DNA of 64,000 bases from Felis catus (Eukaryota): assembly GCF_018350175.1 (NCBI RefSeq), contig NC_058368.1, positions 107,200,001-107,264,000 on the forward strand, read 5' to 3'. Shown piece after piece: positions 1-13,126 of the stretch (position 1 is its first letter; each line of letters opens with the position of its first letter). The position numbers and the translations under genes were made by a program. The notes under the pieces are model-generated. The model was not told where the DNA came from, searched no databases, and saw only the letters and a list, made by a program, of their open reading frames with translations.

Positions 1-45
1 CCCATGGACTTGAATGCACGTTATTTATGTATTTATTAAAAACAA

Positions 46-252
46 TTTTTTTTAACGTTTATTGATTTTTGAGAGACAGATAGAGCCTGAGTGGGGGAGG
101 GGCAGAGAGAGAGGGAGACAAAGAATCTGTAGCAGGCTCCAGGCTCTGAGCTGTCAACACAGAGCCTGACGTGGGGTTCAAAGTCACAGACGGCGAGACC
201 ATGACCTGAGCCAAAGTCAGATGCTTAACTGACTGAGCCATCCGGGCGCCCC
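46..252 (-). mobile_element. Can-SINE (felid SINEC)
   Basis: Reverse-oriented head ...gactgagccatccgggcgcccc, (GA)n tract and T-rich tail on the + strand. Confidence 0.95.
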
Positions 253-416
253 CACATAATTTCTTTATTCGTGGTGCACACATGTCGTGGAGTTGTTTCC
301 ATTTAAGAGTGCCGTGCTCCTTCAGTGAAGTCTCACCGGTAGGAGAGAAGGAAGCAATCACTTAATGAAAAGTGCCTCATCTCAGATTGATGCTTCCCAA
401 ATGGAAGCTTTATACA

Positions 417-418
<2 letters not shown>

Positions 419-458
<40 letters not shown>
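419..458. repeat. (TG)n microsatellite
   Basis: Uninterrupted TG run. Confidence 0.95.
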
Positions 459-459
<1 letters not shown>

Positions 460-2071
460 ATAAAGGGGAACCTAATTTGCTTTCACCTGTGAAGTAAGTG
501 AATGAATTTATGGCTTGAAGCATGCTGTTAGTATAGCCTGTCTGTCTGACATGCTTTCTTCCCTTTCAGATCTGGTTTTTTTTTTCATTTGGGATGTTCT
601 ATTTATGAAGTATTTATAATTCCTGTTTACCAGAAATGAATTTGGATCGTTGCCCAAAGCACCAGGTCTGCTGTTTCTGAACTTTAAAAAAAAAAAAAAT
701 TCTCTGCTTTTGTTCTGTTTAATTATGTAGGCTTTTGCTTTCCTCTTATCAGGACCATGATTCAGTCCCTTTAGTGTGTAATTATCCCAAGTGTCCTTGA
801 TTTGCTAAAGTGAGAATCTCTCTATTTTTGTCAGAAAGCAGGACGTTGTTCTGCTTTGGAAACCTTTTGCAGCATTTTGTTTTTAGTTGTGTCTTTGTGG
901 TCCCAAATGTAAACACACAAGTTTGAATTCCTACTCAGTAACAAGAATTAATCTTGAAATAAATTAATAAAAACAAGGAGGAAATGTCTAAGCACCCATG
1001 CCTTATTTGTAAAACAGAGTAATGGCAGGACGAGGCCACATGATCTTTTGAAGATCCTTCTAAGTCTGTCCTTTTATATAGGGTAAGAACATGAACTTCT
1101 GAAAAAAAATTCATGTCTTTAATTTCCACATGCTTCATCTGTAAGATAAGCTGATTCTACTTCATTCAAGTTCATAGGAACATTATATGGCATAATAGTG
1201 CCTGAAACAGGAAACATGAAATAAATGCTTATTCTCTCTAACAATGCAGTATATTTGCTAAAGGAAAATGTTATTTCTAAAACTGCCCTTGAAGAAAGGG
1301 AATTTTTTTTAAAATTCTTGTCTTCTTGCAAAGTTAATTACATTTCTGGATCCCTCAGACTTCATAAGGCTACCTAACCTGGCGTTTGAAATGGGATGGC
1401 ATTCATAGTGACAATCCCTATCTTGCTGACTCCTACCCATGTCATGTCACCAGCAGTGGCATTTAGGAATCCCCAGAGAAGGAAGGCTTTCATTTGTTCT
1501 CATAAACAAATGCAGTCAGTACCTGTCTGGAGTCTATCATTGGCTCCCTTTCTGTGCCTGCCTCTTTGAGTGAGGTCTGTTGCTGAATCGTAGGAAAGCT
1601 CCCCAGTGTTTTGGATTCTTCCCTGGCCCCTGTGCTGCTGAGCTCCCATGCTACAGACCCTTCAAGGAGGCATAAGGGCCTATAATCTATGAAACCTTCA
1701 AAACACTGTATCCCATTTATCCCATTCTGGTTCCTTGCCTATGATATGGGAGAATGTTTTCTTCCCATCCTGCTCTATTTCATCACACAGTAGAGAAGAG
1801 GTTAGTTTGGGGGATCAATCCAAGTTATCTGAGTTATAAATGCCTAATATAGTAAGTGCTGGAGGTCCACTGTGCTAGCAGGTCAAATTTGCATAAGTTG
1901 GCCAAAACTCACAGTGATAGTATCATAGTCTTAAGCTGGGACCTCTATGATGATGATGTTTGGGTTTGTGCCTCTATATAAAATACTTAGAACTTTATTC
2001 CCTGTCACTGTAATGCTGTACCATAGAGAAAAGGTGCCACAAACATCTAGCTTTAGAAACCAATGGGGCTT

Positions 2072-2280
2072 GGAGCACCTAGGTGGCTCATTCAGTTGAA
2101 CGTCTGACTTCGGCTCAGGTCATGATCTCACGGTCCATGAGTTTGAGCCCTATGTCAGGCTCTGTGCTGACAGCTCAAAGCCTGGAGCCTGCTTCAGATT
2201 TTATGTCTCCCTCTGTCTGTCTCTCTGTCCCACCCCCACTTGTGTTCTGTTTCTCTCTCTCCATCAAAAATACATAAACA
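2072..2280 (+). mobile_element. Can-SINE in L1 5' UTR
   Basis: Head ggagcacctaggtggctca; TSD agaaaccaatgggg(c/t)tt at 2055-2071 and 2545-2561 encloses this SINE and the next. Confidence 0.95.
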
Positions 2281-2518
2281 TTTTTTTAAATTTTATTTGT
2301 TTATTTTTTTTAATATTTTAATGTTTATTTCTGAGAGAGAGAGAGACACAGAGTGTGAATGGAGGAGAGGCAGAGAGAGAAGGAGACACAGAATCCGAAT
2401 CAGGCTCCAGGCTCTGAGCTGTCAGCACAGAGCCTGACACGGGGTTAGAACTCATGAACTGTGAGATCATGACCTGAGCCAAAGTCGGATGCTTAACCAA
2501 CTGAGCCACCCAGGTCCC
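2281..2518 (-). mobile_element. Can-SINE inserted antisense into the A-tail of the previous SINE
   Basis: Complete reverse-oriented body ending ...gagccacccaggtccc, inside the first SINE's TSD pair. Confidence 0.95.
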
Positions 2519-3785
2519 TCTCCAAAAAAAAAAATTTTTTTTAAAGAAACCAATGGGGTTTATGTCCATAGGACCCTGGCGAGGCTGTGGGGATGTAAGA
2601 TACTGCTTTGGAGAAGCTCACGTGCAGACTCACTCATGCTGGGACCCAGTGCAAAGGCAACACTTGAAGACATGACTGTGTTATATGTGAAAGACATTTC
2701 TCTGTTAATAAGTGTCTTCTGGAGGGGCAGGGACAGGTTTGGACTTTTTGGGGGAGACAGGGGCACTGGTGAGCACCCTTTTTGCACTCTCCCTCTACCT
2801 TGCTAGTGCAGGCAGATATTCATGGACACAGCCTCATTACAGCCATAGTCATGCTCTGCCCCCAGCACTCATTTCTGGACTCCTGAAAACCTCAAGTATG
2901 CCTCCCCTGCAGCATGCTTTCCTGGCCTCCTAACAGCTGTTCATGTGTCCTGCCTCTAGTGGTCTTCCCCGGCCTCACGAAACTCACAGACATGGCCTGC
3001 TCCGGAACCGTCCCACAGCCTCAAGAAAGCCAGCAAACACAATCCACACAGAGAATGCCTTTCATCATCTGGCCATCATTTGTGGCTGGAGAGGCTTGTG
3101 TTTCTGGGCCCCACAGGACTGTAACAATCAGAAAAACTATTCTGGCAGGCTACTCCAGTGAGGGCACTGCACAAAGAGTAGACTCAAATACACCACCGGT
3201 CTGCCTGTGAAAAAAAGCCCATCTACTTGTCCTGTAACTTCAACTTGAGGGACAGGCTTTAGGTTTGCCACGCACCTAGAGGTCGTAAAGGAGCTCTAAG
3301 GGAGCATAGGCAGAGAAGTGCCATCTTTGAGCTTTCCCTTTGCCTTGCCACAGCTTGCTTGTAACTCCCAGAAAGGAGTGTATACAGTCATCTAAAGCCC
3401 AATTTTTGTAAAAATCAAACAGGAACACCTCCAGATACTCTGGGGTGGAGATCAGCAGGGCTTTACAACTGTAGTCCCACAGGGTTGTGTATATTGGCAT
3501 GCTTTAAAAGCTGCTACTTGAGGATCTGGCTTCCAGTCAGCCTGAAACTATGTGCTGACTGAGATTCTCCCTTTGGGACACTGACAGGCCTACTCATACC
3601 CTCAACAACTGGAACCTATCAAGAATATATCAGGCTGATTAGACAATCACAAAGGCTCAGGAGACAACCAAGAGCTGGGGCAGGGTTGTACAGGGAGGCT
3701 CATTTCCTACACTGGGCACTCTTTCAAAACTGGGAGAGATAGGTGTTTCACATAATACACGGAAACAAATACAAAGTCAAACAGA

Positions 3786-4650
3786 ATGAGTAAAGAGGGG
3801 AATATGTTCCAAATGGAAGAACAAGACAACTTCGAAGAAAGACTTTAATGAAACAGAGGTAAGTTGTCTACCTGATAAAGAATTCAAAATAATGGCCACA
3901 AAAAGCCTCCCTGAACTTGGGAAGATAAATGAATAAACACAGTGAGAACTTCAACAAAGCAATAGAAAATATAACAAGGTACCAAAGAAAAGTCAAAGAG
4001 CTGAAGAATACAATATATGAACTGAAAAAGGCACTAGAGGGATTTAACAGCCTACCAGATGGAGCAGAACAGATCAGTGACCTGGAAAAGAGGGCAGCGG
4101 AATGCACCCAAAGTAGCAAAAAAAAAAAAAAAAAGAATTTTAAAAAGTGATGATACCTTAAGGGGACGCTGGGGCACCATCAAGCAGAATAACATTCATA
4201 TTATCGGGATTCCAAAAGGAGAAGAGAGAGAGAAAGGGGCAGAAAACTTATTTGAAGAAATAATGGCTGTAAACTTTCCTAAGCTGGAGAAGGAAACAAA
4301 CATCCAGGTCCAGGAAGCCAAGAGAGTTCCATATAAGATGAACTCAAAGAAATCCACATGAAGACACATTAAAATGAAAATGCCAAATGTTAAAGATAAA
4401 TATAGAATCTTAGAAGCAGCTAGAGAAAAACAACTTTTTGCATACAAGGGAACCCCCATAAGCTGTCAGCTGATTTTTCAGCAGAAACCTTGCATTCTAA
4501 CTAAGAATACTCTATTCCACAAGGTTATCATTCAGAATTGAAGGAAAGAGAATTTTCCAGACAAGCAAAAGCTAAAGGAACTCATCACCACTAAACTGGT
4601 CTTATAAGAAATCTTAAAAGGATTTCATTAAGCTGAAAATAAAAGGCACT
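3786..4650 (+). pseudogene. L1 ORF1 remnant
   Basis: Track ORFs 3929..4150 and 4059..4361 are frameshifted pieces of ORF1p (coiled-coil and RRM-like segments). Confidence 0.85.
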
Positions 4651-5221
4651 AGCTAATAATAAGAAAATATATAAAAGTAAAAACCTCACTGATAAAGGTG
4701 AATACGCAGTCAAAATAGCCACTTATAAAACGAACGTGAAGGTTAAATCAAAAGTAGTAAAATTACTGTAACTACAATAACTAGCTAAGATGTACAAAAA
4801 ATAAAATGATGTAAAACATGACATCAGAAACAATGTGGGTGGAACAAAAATGTAGAGTTTTTACTATGTATTTAAATTTAAGCTGTTGCTAAATTAAAAT
4901 AGGCTGTTTTTTATATATAGACTATTATATGTGAAATTCATGGTAACCACAAAGCAAATGCTTACAGTGGGTACACAAAAAATAATGAGAGAAAAAAACT
5001 GTACATAACACTAAAGAAAGTCACCAAACCACAAAGGAAGAGAGTAAGAGAAGAAAGGAACAGCATCACTATAGCAACAGCCAGAAAACAATGAATAAAA
5101 TACACACCTATAATAATTACTTTAAATGTAAATGGACTAAATTCTATAAAACACATGAAGTGGCTAAATGAATAAAAAAAAATCAAGACATCCATATGTT
5201 GCCTACAGGAGACTCACTTTA

Positions 5222-5446
5222 TTTTTTTTTTTAATTTTTTTTTCAACATTTATTTATTTTTGGGACAGAGAGAGACAGAGCATGAACAGGGGAGGGGCAG
5301 AGAGATAGGGAGACACAGAATCGGAAACAGGCTCCAGGTTCTGAGCCATCAGCCCAGAGCCTGACGCGGGGCTCGAACTCCTGGACCGCGAGATCGTGAC
5401 CTGGCTGAAGTCGGATGCTTAACTGACTGCGCCACCCAGGCACCCC
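5222..5446 (-). mobile_element. Young felid SINEC in L1 ORF2
   Basis: Diagnostic gccatcagcccagagcc, gacctggctgaagtcgg and gactgcgccaccc; perfect TSD caggagactcacttta (5206-5221, 5447-5462). Confidence 0.97.
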
Positions 5447-8400
5447 CAGGAGACTCACTTTAGATCTAAGGGCACACAGACTGAAAATCTACGGAAAAAG
5501 ATATTACAAACAAATGGAAATAAAGCTGGTATAGCTATATTTATACCAGAAAAATAGACTTCAAAAACAAAGACTGTAATAAAATATGAAGAAGGACATT
5601 ACATAATGATAAAGGAGTCAATTCCATAAGAAGATAAAACATTTATAAATATTTATACACCCAACATAGGAGCACCTAAATGTATAAGCAAATATTAACA
5701 GACATAAAGGGAAAGATTGACAGTGATACAATAGTAGGGGATTTAATGCCTTACTTTCATTAGTGGATAGATCATCTTGACAGAAAATCAATGAGGAAAC
5801 ATTGTCTTTAACTGACACATTAGACTGATGATCTTAATAGATACATATACAGCACATTCCATCCAAAAGCAGCAAAATACACATTTTTCTCAAGTGCACC
5901 TAGAATATTCACAAGGATAGATAACATGTTAGGCTACAAAACAACACTCAGTAAATTTAAGAAGATTAAAATCAACCATCTTCTCCAGCCACAATGGTAG
6001 AAAACTAAAAATCAATTAGAAAAAAATAGAAAACCATAAATGTGTGAAAATTAAATAATATACTGTTGAACAATCAGTAAGTCAATTAAGAAACCAAAGA
6101 GGAAATTAAAAAATAACTTGAAAGAAATGAAAATGGAAATACAATGATCCAAAATCTATAGAATACAGCATAAGAAGTTCTAAGAGGGAAGTTTATATGA
6201 TATAGGCCTACCTCAATAAACAAGAAAAATCTCAAACAATCTAACTTTATGTCTGGAAAACTAGGAAAGGAAGAATAAATAAAGCTCAACATTAGTAGAA
6301 AGAAGAAAATAATAAGGATCAGAGCAGAAATAAATGAAATAGAGATTAAAAAATAAAAGATCAATAAAACCAAGAGCTGTTTCTTTGAAAAGACAGAACA
6401 AAATTGACAAAACTTGGTAGACTCACAAAGAGAGGAAAGAAATGAGTAAAATCAGAAATGAAAGATAGGAAGTTACAAGTGATACCACAGAAATACAAAG
6501 GATCATAAGAGACTTCTGTGAATAATTACTCACCAACATATTGAACAAAACAGAAGAAATGGATAAATTACTAAGAACATACAATCTTTTAAGACTAAAT
6601 CATGAATAAATAGAAAATCAGAATAGATTGATTACTAGTGAGAAGATTGAAACAGTAATTTAAAACCTCCCAATAGAAAAAAGTCCAGGATAACACTGTT
6701 TCACTGGTGAATTCTACCAAACATTCAATGAAGTTTTACTATGTTTTCTTCTAAAACTATTCCAAAAAGCTGAAGGAGTGCTTCCAAACTCTTTTCGTGA
6801 GGCCAGTATTACTCTGGTACCAAACTCAAACGTGGACACCAATAAAAAAAAAAAATTACACCTCAGTATCCCTGATCTACATGGACACAAAAATCCTCAA
6901 CAAAATATCAACAAACCAAATTCAATAATATGCTAAGATTCATTCACTGTGATCAAGTGGGATTTGTTCCAGGGATGCAAGATGATTCAGCATCTACAAA
7001 TTAATCAACATGATATACCACATTAACAAATGAAGGATAAAAATCATATGATTATCTCATATAGAAAAGATATAGAAAAGTCATGTGACAAAATTCAATG
7101 TCAATTATGATTAAAACTCTCAACAAAGTGGGTATAGAGAGAATGTACCTCAACATGATAAAGGCCATACATGACAAGCCCACAGCTAACATTACACTCA
7201 GTTGTGAAAAGCTAAATGATTTTTCTCTAAGATCAGGAACATGACAAGGATGCCCTCTCTGGTCACTTTTATTCAGCATAGTATTGGAAGCCCTAGCCAG
7301 AGAAATATGGTGAGAAAAAGAAATAAAATAATCTAAATTGGAAAGGAAGAATAAAACTGTCACTATTTGCAGATGACATGATAATACATATAGAAAAACT
7401 CTAAAGACCTTACCAAAAAACTTTTAGAGCTAATAAATGAATTCAGTGAAGTTGTAGGATAGAAAATCAATATATAGAAGTCTATTTTGGTTCCATACAC
7501 TTATATTGAGTTATCAAAAAGAGAAATTAAGAAAAAAAATCCCATTTATAATGGCCTTGAAAAGAATAAAATACTCGGGAATAAATTTAACCAAACAGGT
7601 GAAAGGACTGTACACTGAAAACTGTAAGGCATTGATAAAAGAAATTAAAGGAGACACAAACAAAATGGAAAGATACTCTGCACTCATGGATTGGAAGAAT
7701 TAATATTATTTTGTCCATACTACCCAGTCCACAATTTTGTATAGAATCACCAAAGACCTAAATAATAAAAACAATCTTGAGGAAAAAAGGAACAGAGTTG
7801 GAGATATCATGCTTCCCAATTTGAAGATGTACTACAAAGCTATAGTAATCAAAACAGTATAGTATCAGCATAAAAACAGACAGATAGATTAATGGAATAG
7901 AATAGAGAGCCCAGAAATAAGCCCATGCATGTATGGTCAATTACTTTATGATGTTGGAGCTAAGAATATTCCGTGGGGAAAAGAGGCTCTCTTCAATAAA
8001 TGGTGTTTGAACACTGATAGCCACATGCAAAAAAACAAAAAAACAAACAAACAAAAAAAACATGAAACTAGACCATTGTCTCACATCATACACAAGAATT
8101 AAGTCAAAATGGTTTAAGAATTGAAAGTAAGACCTGAAACCATAAAACTTCTGGAAGAAAACATGCAAGTTAAACTCCTTGACATCATTCTTAGCATTGA
8201 ATTCTTGGATCTGACTTCAAAAGCAAAGAAAACAATAGCAAAAATGGACAAGGGGACTACACCAAAGCTAAAAAGGCTTTGCACACTAAAGGAAACCATT
8301 AACAAAATAAAAAGGCAACCTACTGAATGGGAAAAAATATTTGCAAATCATATATCTGGGAAGGTATTAATGATCAAAATGTATAAAGAACTCAAGTCAG

Positions 8401-8458
8401 TAGCAAAAAGCAAAAAAAAAAAAAAAAAAAAAAAAGAACAGTTAAAAAATGGACAGAG

Positions 8459-8682
8459 GGGGGCGCCTGGGTGGCTCAGTCGGTTGGGCGGCCGACTTCG
8501 GCTCAGGTCATGATCTAGGGGTCCGTGAGTTCAAGCCCCGCGTCGGGCTCTGTGCTGACAGCTCAGAGCCTGAGCTTGTTTCAGATTCTGTGTCTCTCTC
8601 TCTCTGACCCTCCCCCATTCATACTCTGTCTCTCTCTATCTCAAAAATAAATAAACATTAAAAAATTTTTAAAAAAATTTTA
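8459..8682 (+). mobile_element. Can-SINE in L1 ORF2
   Basis: ggggcgcctgggtggctcagtcggtt head; TSD aaaaaatggacagag (8444-8458, 8683-8697). Confidence 0.97.
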
Positions 8683-9144
8683 AAAAAATGGACAGAGAAT
8701 CCAAATAGTCATTTTTCCAAACAACACATACAGTTGGCCAACAATCATGAAAAAATGTTCAACATCCCTAATTATCAGGGAAATGCAAATCGAAACCATA
8801 ATGTGATATCATCTCACACCTGTTAAATAGCTATTATCAAAAAGACAAGAAATAACAAGCATTGGCAAGGATGTGGAGAAAAAGGAACTCTTGTGCTCTG
8901 TGGGTGGGAATGTAAATTGGTGCAGCCACTTTGGAAAACAGTATGGATGTTCCTCAAAAAATTAAAAATAGGACTACCATATGATCCAGCAATTCCACTT
9001 TTGGAAATGAACAAAGAAAACAAAAATACTTGCTTGAAATTATAAATGCATCCCTCATGTTTATTGCAGAATCATTTACAATAGCCATGATATGGAAACA
9101 ACCTACATGTCCATTGGTGGGTGAATGGATGGAGACACACGTGA

Positions 9145-9146
<2 letters not shown>

Positions 9147-9186
<40 letters not shown>
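9147..9186. repeat. (CA)n microsatellite inside L1 3' region
   Basis: Pure CA run. Confidence 0.95.
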
Positions 9187-9188
<2 letters not shown>

Positions 9189-9964
9189 TAGAATACTGCC
9201 CAGCTGTAATAAAAGGAAGATTTACTGCCACTTGCAACAACATGGATGGATCTTGAGGGCATTATGTTAATAATGAAATAGGTCACACAGGAAAGAAAAA
9301 TACTGTATGATTTCACTTTTATGTGGAATCCAGACAACAAAACTTATAGAAACCGAGCAAAGACTGGTGGTTATCAGAGGGGAAATGGGTTGAAGTGTGG
9401 GCAAAATGGATGAAGGGGGTCAGTTGTATGGTGACAGAAGTTAAGTAGGCTTATTGTGCTGTTCTGCACCTAAAACTAATATATGAATTTTACCTCAAAA
9501 AAAAAAAGTATAGACTCAAATGAGCTACAACATACTCATCCCAAGACGGAGTGTCACTCTGATTCCTCAAAGAACTTAAATCATGGACATTTTTAATGTG
9601 CCCAGTGTATTTCCTGACTATCTTTCACCTTATATATTGGTCTTACCATGATATGAACATTTATTATTCACTTGTTACAGTGGTTTTGTATGCCTACTGT
9701 TGGAAGACATATACATACAAACAAGAAACAGGCATGGGTCAGTCTTCCAGGAATTTGCACAGTCTATAAAATAGCAACCACAGAGAAAAATTTAGACATA
9801 TCAGTACATATTATCTCATTTCTGAAAGACGAGCACTACTAAGCTCATCTGAATGATCTGACCACACTGAACTTCCTTGGAATCATAGTTATTTAATAAA
9901 AATATATGGATGAAAATATTAAACACCACTACTCTCATATAATCAGATTTCCCTATCATCTAAG

Positions 9965-10140
9965 AAAATATGTGCATGTTCTAGGTACTGCAAATACTCA
10001 AACTTGCTTAATTATTATAACAACCTTGATAGTTATGTATTATATGGCTTATTTTATGAAGGAAACTCAGTGAGGGACATAGTAGGTTGTGCAGAATCAC
10101 ATGACCGCTGGTCCAGGACGACTGTAAAGTCTGTGCTTTG
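9965..10140 (-). mobile_element. Degraded MIR
   Basis: ttttatgaaggaaactcag...aatcacatg resembles the reversed MIR core. Confidence 0.45.
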
Positions 10141-10989
10141 GATGTTACCTCCTCGTCTTTAAGGATACAGAGAGTCTTCTCAAAGGGTGGTTAATTTTTA
10201 TTAATTATTTCATGATAATTTCACTCATTATTCATCATTTCATTTATATCTTTATAGCCAGCCACAGGTAGTAACTACCAGGAAGTACACTTGGAGAAAT
10301 TGCTGTTTAGGCATAGAAAAAGGCCAATGAGTGATCATCACATCACGATAAGGATAATTACAAGTGGTTTTTAAAATTTGTTTTGCTGTTAAAATAGTGC
10401 TACATATTTCTTTTATTTCCTTCTCTGAACACGCTCCAGGCACTTCCCTTTCACTCCACTTCACCATTATCCACTGTTACCCACAATAATCACAAAATCA
10501 TGAATTTACACAAAACTGCACTAGCACACTATGCATGAGCCATTTGCTGTCAGCACACTCTATAGAGGGGTTCAGTGGGAGTAGATATGGCAGATTTTCT
10601 AGGGATCTTTGGCAAATAACCAACTGCTTTCCTGAAACATGGCTGTCTACCACATGGAAGAATAAAGGTGCAAACGAGTATTTCCGTCCTTTTCCATAAA
10701 TAGTAATGCTGAACTATATAGACTACTTAGAAGATTCCAAATGTAAGCAATCGAAGAAGGAAAAATTAACAATGACAAAAAATCCATGGTGTAATTTTTG
10801 AGCTATTTAGATCCAATTAAAGGCCAAATCTCAGCACTAACATTGTTTAGAACAACAGCACCTTGGAGCTTTACAGATTAGACTTTGTCTCTTTTGACTT
10901 TGAGATGCATTATTATAACATGGTTAAAATGCTCTATTTAATTCTAATTAATTCCAAACCATATATGAGGATAATTGAAGTTAAAGCTT

Positions 10990-11690
10990 GCTTTGGTCAG
11001 TGTTTGGGAGAAAGGCTATTCATACAAAGGTAGTTCCGAGAAATTCAGGGGTTGAAGAAACTGTTCTGTGTGGATTGTGGAGACTGAAACACAGTTCTGT
11101 GCCTTGGTCAAAATCTACAGAACTGAACACCACAAAGAGTGGATCTTACTTTGTAATTAAAAAAAAATCAAAGATGAGGGGAAAGATAGAATGAAGACCA
11201 TGACAGATGAATCCAACTGTATTACCTATGAACCATGTAGCCACATTGAAGAGGATGTGACTAACTTTGGGAAAAGCAGAGTTTTGACCAGATACTGTAA
11301 GCGAGGTCCACAAGAACTGTGCATAAGCCCTGGAATCTACTTGGTCGGTTTGTTGATGCCAGGATTGGGGCAGGGAAAAAAACGCGAGTTTAGAGCATCT
11401 TGTGACGCTAGAAAGTGAGAGTTGCTAAAAACAGGATGGGGGATGAGGCATCTTCCCAACTTGGAAGAGCTTGAGTGACAGAACAATGATAGTATTCCAT
11501 TAGGATCCAATGAAAACAATAAATAGCCACAAGCCTGTACTGATATAAATAAATAAATAATTGAATAAGTAGATAAGGGGGTTAAACAAAAACTTTCTTG
11601 TTGAGGAATTCCTGTTATAAACGTAGGAGGAAGGACTCCATTAGAAATATCCATTGGAAAATCCCCATTGGTGATTAGCTTTCAACATAA
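10990..11690 (+). mobile_element. Old L1 (L1MC/L1MD-type) 3' UTR fragment
   Basis: Recalled motifs gaatccaactgtattac, aactttgggaaa, aagaactgtgcataagc, agagcatcttgtgacgctagaaagt. Confidence 0.7.
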
Positions 11691-11709
11691 GAATTTTGGA
11701 GGGACACTT

Positions 11710-11941
11710 GAGGCGCCAGGGTGGCTTAGTCAGTTACACGTACAACTTTGCCTCAGGTCATCATCTCATGGTTTGTGAGTTGAAGCCCTGCATCAGGCTC
11801 TGTGCTGATAGATTGGAGCCTGGAGACTGGAGCCTGCTTTGGATTCTGTGTCTCCCTCTTTCTCTGCCTCTCCCCTGCTCTCTATCTCTTTCTCTCTCTT
11901 TCAAAAGTAAATAAACATTAATAAATTTTTAGAAAAAAAAG
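11710..11941 (+). mobile_element. Can-SINE
   Basis: Diverged head, CT tract and A tail; TSD gaattttggaggg(a/g)cac (11691-11707, 11942-11958). Confidence 0.93.
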
Positions 11942-11989
11942 GAATTTTGGAGGGGCACAAATATTCAATTTGTAGCACAGGGTATTGGC

Positions 11990-12125
11990 AGACTCAACAT
12001 ACAGAATATTTCTGTCCTTTGAAGGATCTCTCATATTGTCCTTTTATAGCCACATCTAGTTCCCTCCTGCTCCACCCCCCATCCCTTAATTCCTGGCAAC
12101 CGGCAGTCCTCTGTTTCTATATGCA
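11990..12125 (-). mobile_element. Old L1 (L1MC/L1MD-type) fragment, inverted relative to the upstream piece
   Basis: ccttttatagccacatc...cctggcaacc is the reverse of the L1MC/MD ggttgccagg...gtggctataaaagg motif. Confidence 0.6.
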
Positions 12126-12299
12126 CTTAAAAAAATCATAAAGACAGATTGATTTACCTTCTTCCCAATGAAAGGCAGTCTTTCTCCTCTAACTTGAAGG
12201 GTAGATAGCACCACATTTGTAGACTATATGAAGAACATTGATTTTTGAGTTGGATGTTTGTGAGAATTGGTACATTCATGGTTTGGTGATAAATTCACA

Positions 12300-12445
12300 G
12301 GGCTCAGCACCAAGCTACCAGGGATCAGATGATCACACTGCCCCTTACTAGCTGTGTGACCTTGGACGACTTAGGAGACTTCTTTAAGACAGTTTTCTCA
12401 CCTGGAAAGCCAGAGGTAACAAGAAGACCATAATGATAGGTACCT
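12300..12445 (+). mobile_element. MIR
   Basis: cttactagctgtgtgaccttggac...cagttttctcacctg MIR core. Confidence 0.75.
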
Positions 12446-12908
12446 TAAAGTCCTGGAGAGAGAAGTACCTGAGATGATTTAACTAGGTTACCCAAGATTG
12501 CAGTTGGTATATACTAATTGATTCTTCTGGAGTTATTATGAGGTGGGGATGGCACTGATGGGGTGCAGAAAACAAGGAAAAGGCAAGTGACATCCAAATC
12601 TTTAACTCTACTTTTGCGAGTCCAGGAGGAAAAAATAACAAAAAAAACAAATTTATACAACATTATTCACCAAAAGGGATCATTATTAAGATACTGAGAA
12701 AGTGTGAAATTACCACCCCCCCCCACATTCCCACATTCCACATCTACTGATTGCAGAGTTCTGCAAAAATTAGAAATGATTCTTGATCAGTATTTTAATT
12801 TTGAAAGGGACCAATGACATTCACGTTTCATTTTCTACACTCAGAACCTATCCATTAGTGTCCTTCAAGCTTTTTAATTACTTAGAATTTCCCCTTCAAA
12901 AAATTCCT

Positions 12909-13126
12909 GGGGTGCCTGGGTGGCTCAAACAGTTGAGCGTGGGACTGTTGGTACCAGCTCAGGTCATGATCTCAAGCTTCTCATGAGATCGAGCCCCGCC
13001 CCCCCCCCCCCACACACACACACACAAACAGTGCAGAGCCTGCTTGGGATTCTCTCTGTCCCCCTGCTTCTGCCCCTCCTGCATTCGTGTGTATGCTCCC
13101 TCAAAACAAATAAAATGTTTTAAAAA
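12909..13126 (+). mobile_element. Can-SINE (older subfamily)
   Basis: ggggtgcctgggtggctca head, gagcctgcttgggattctctc, A-rich tail. Confidence 0.9.

Larger units (their letters stand above)
5090..8960 (+). pseudogene. L1 ORF2 remnant (endonuclease/reverse transcriptase)
   Basis: EN N-terminal motif, RT QGCPL/FADD motifs and ORF 8121..8513 resemble ORF2p; broken by stops and 2 SINEs. Confidence 0.88.
2020..9507 (+). mobile_element. Decayed near-full-length LINE-1 (carnivore/L1MA9-era), interrupted by 4 SINEs
   Basis: L1-type 5' UTR (~2020-3780); ORF1-like peptides ([36 protein letters not shown]); ORF2-like IITLNVNGLN start (~5110), QGCPL and FADD (7366-7377), KRQPTEWEKIFANHIS; 3' UTR ending in poly-A ~9497-9507. 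Many stops, frameshifts and deletions; 5' boundary approximate; no TSD seen. Confidence 0.93.

Noticed and set aside
3179..9521. tagactcaaat at ~3179 and just after the L1 poly-A, as a possible TSD
   Set aside because: L1 5' UTR-like sequence continues well upstream of 3179, so the match is probably coincidental
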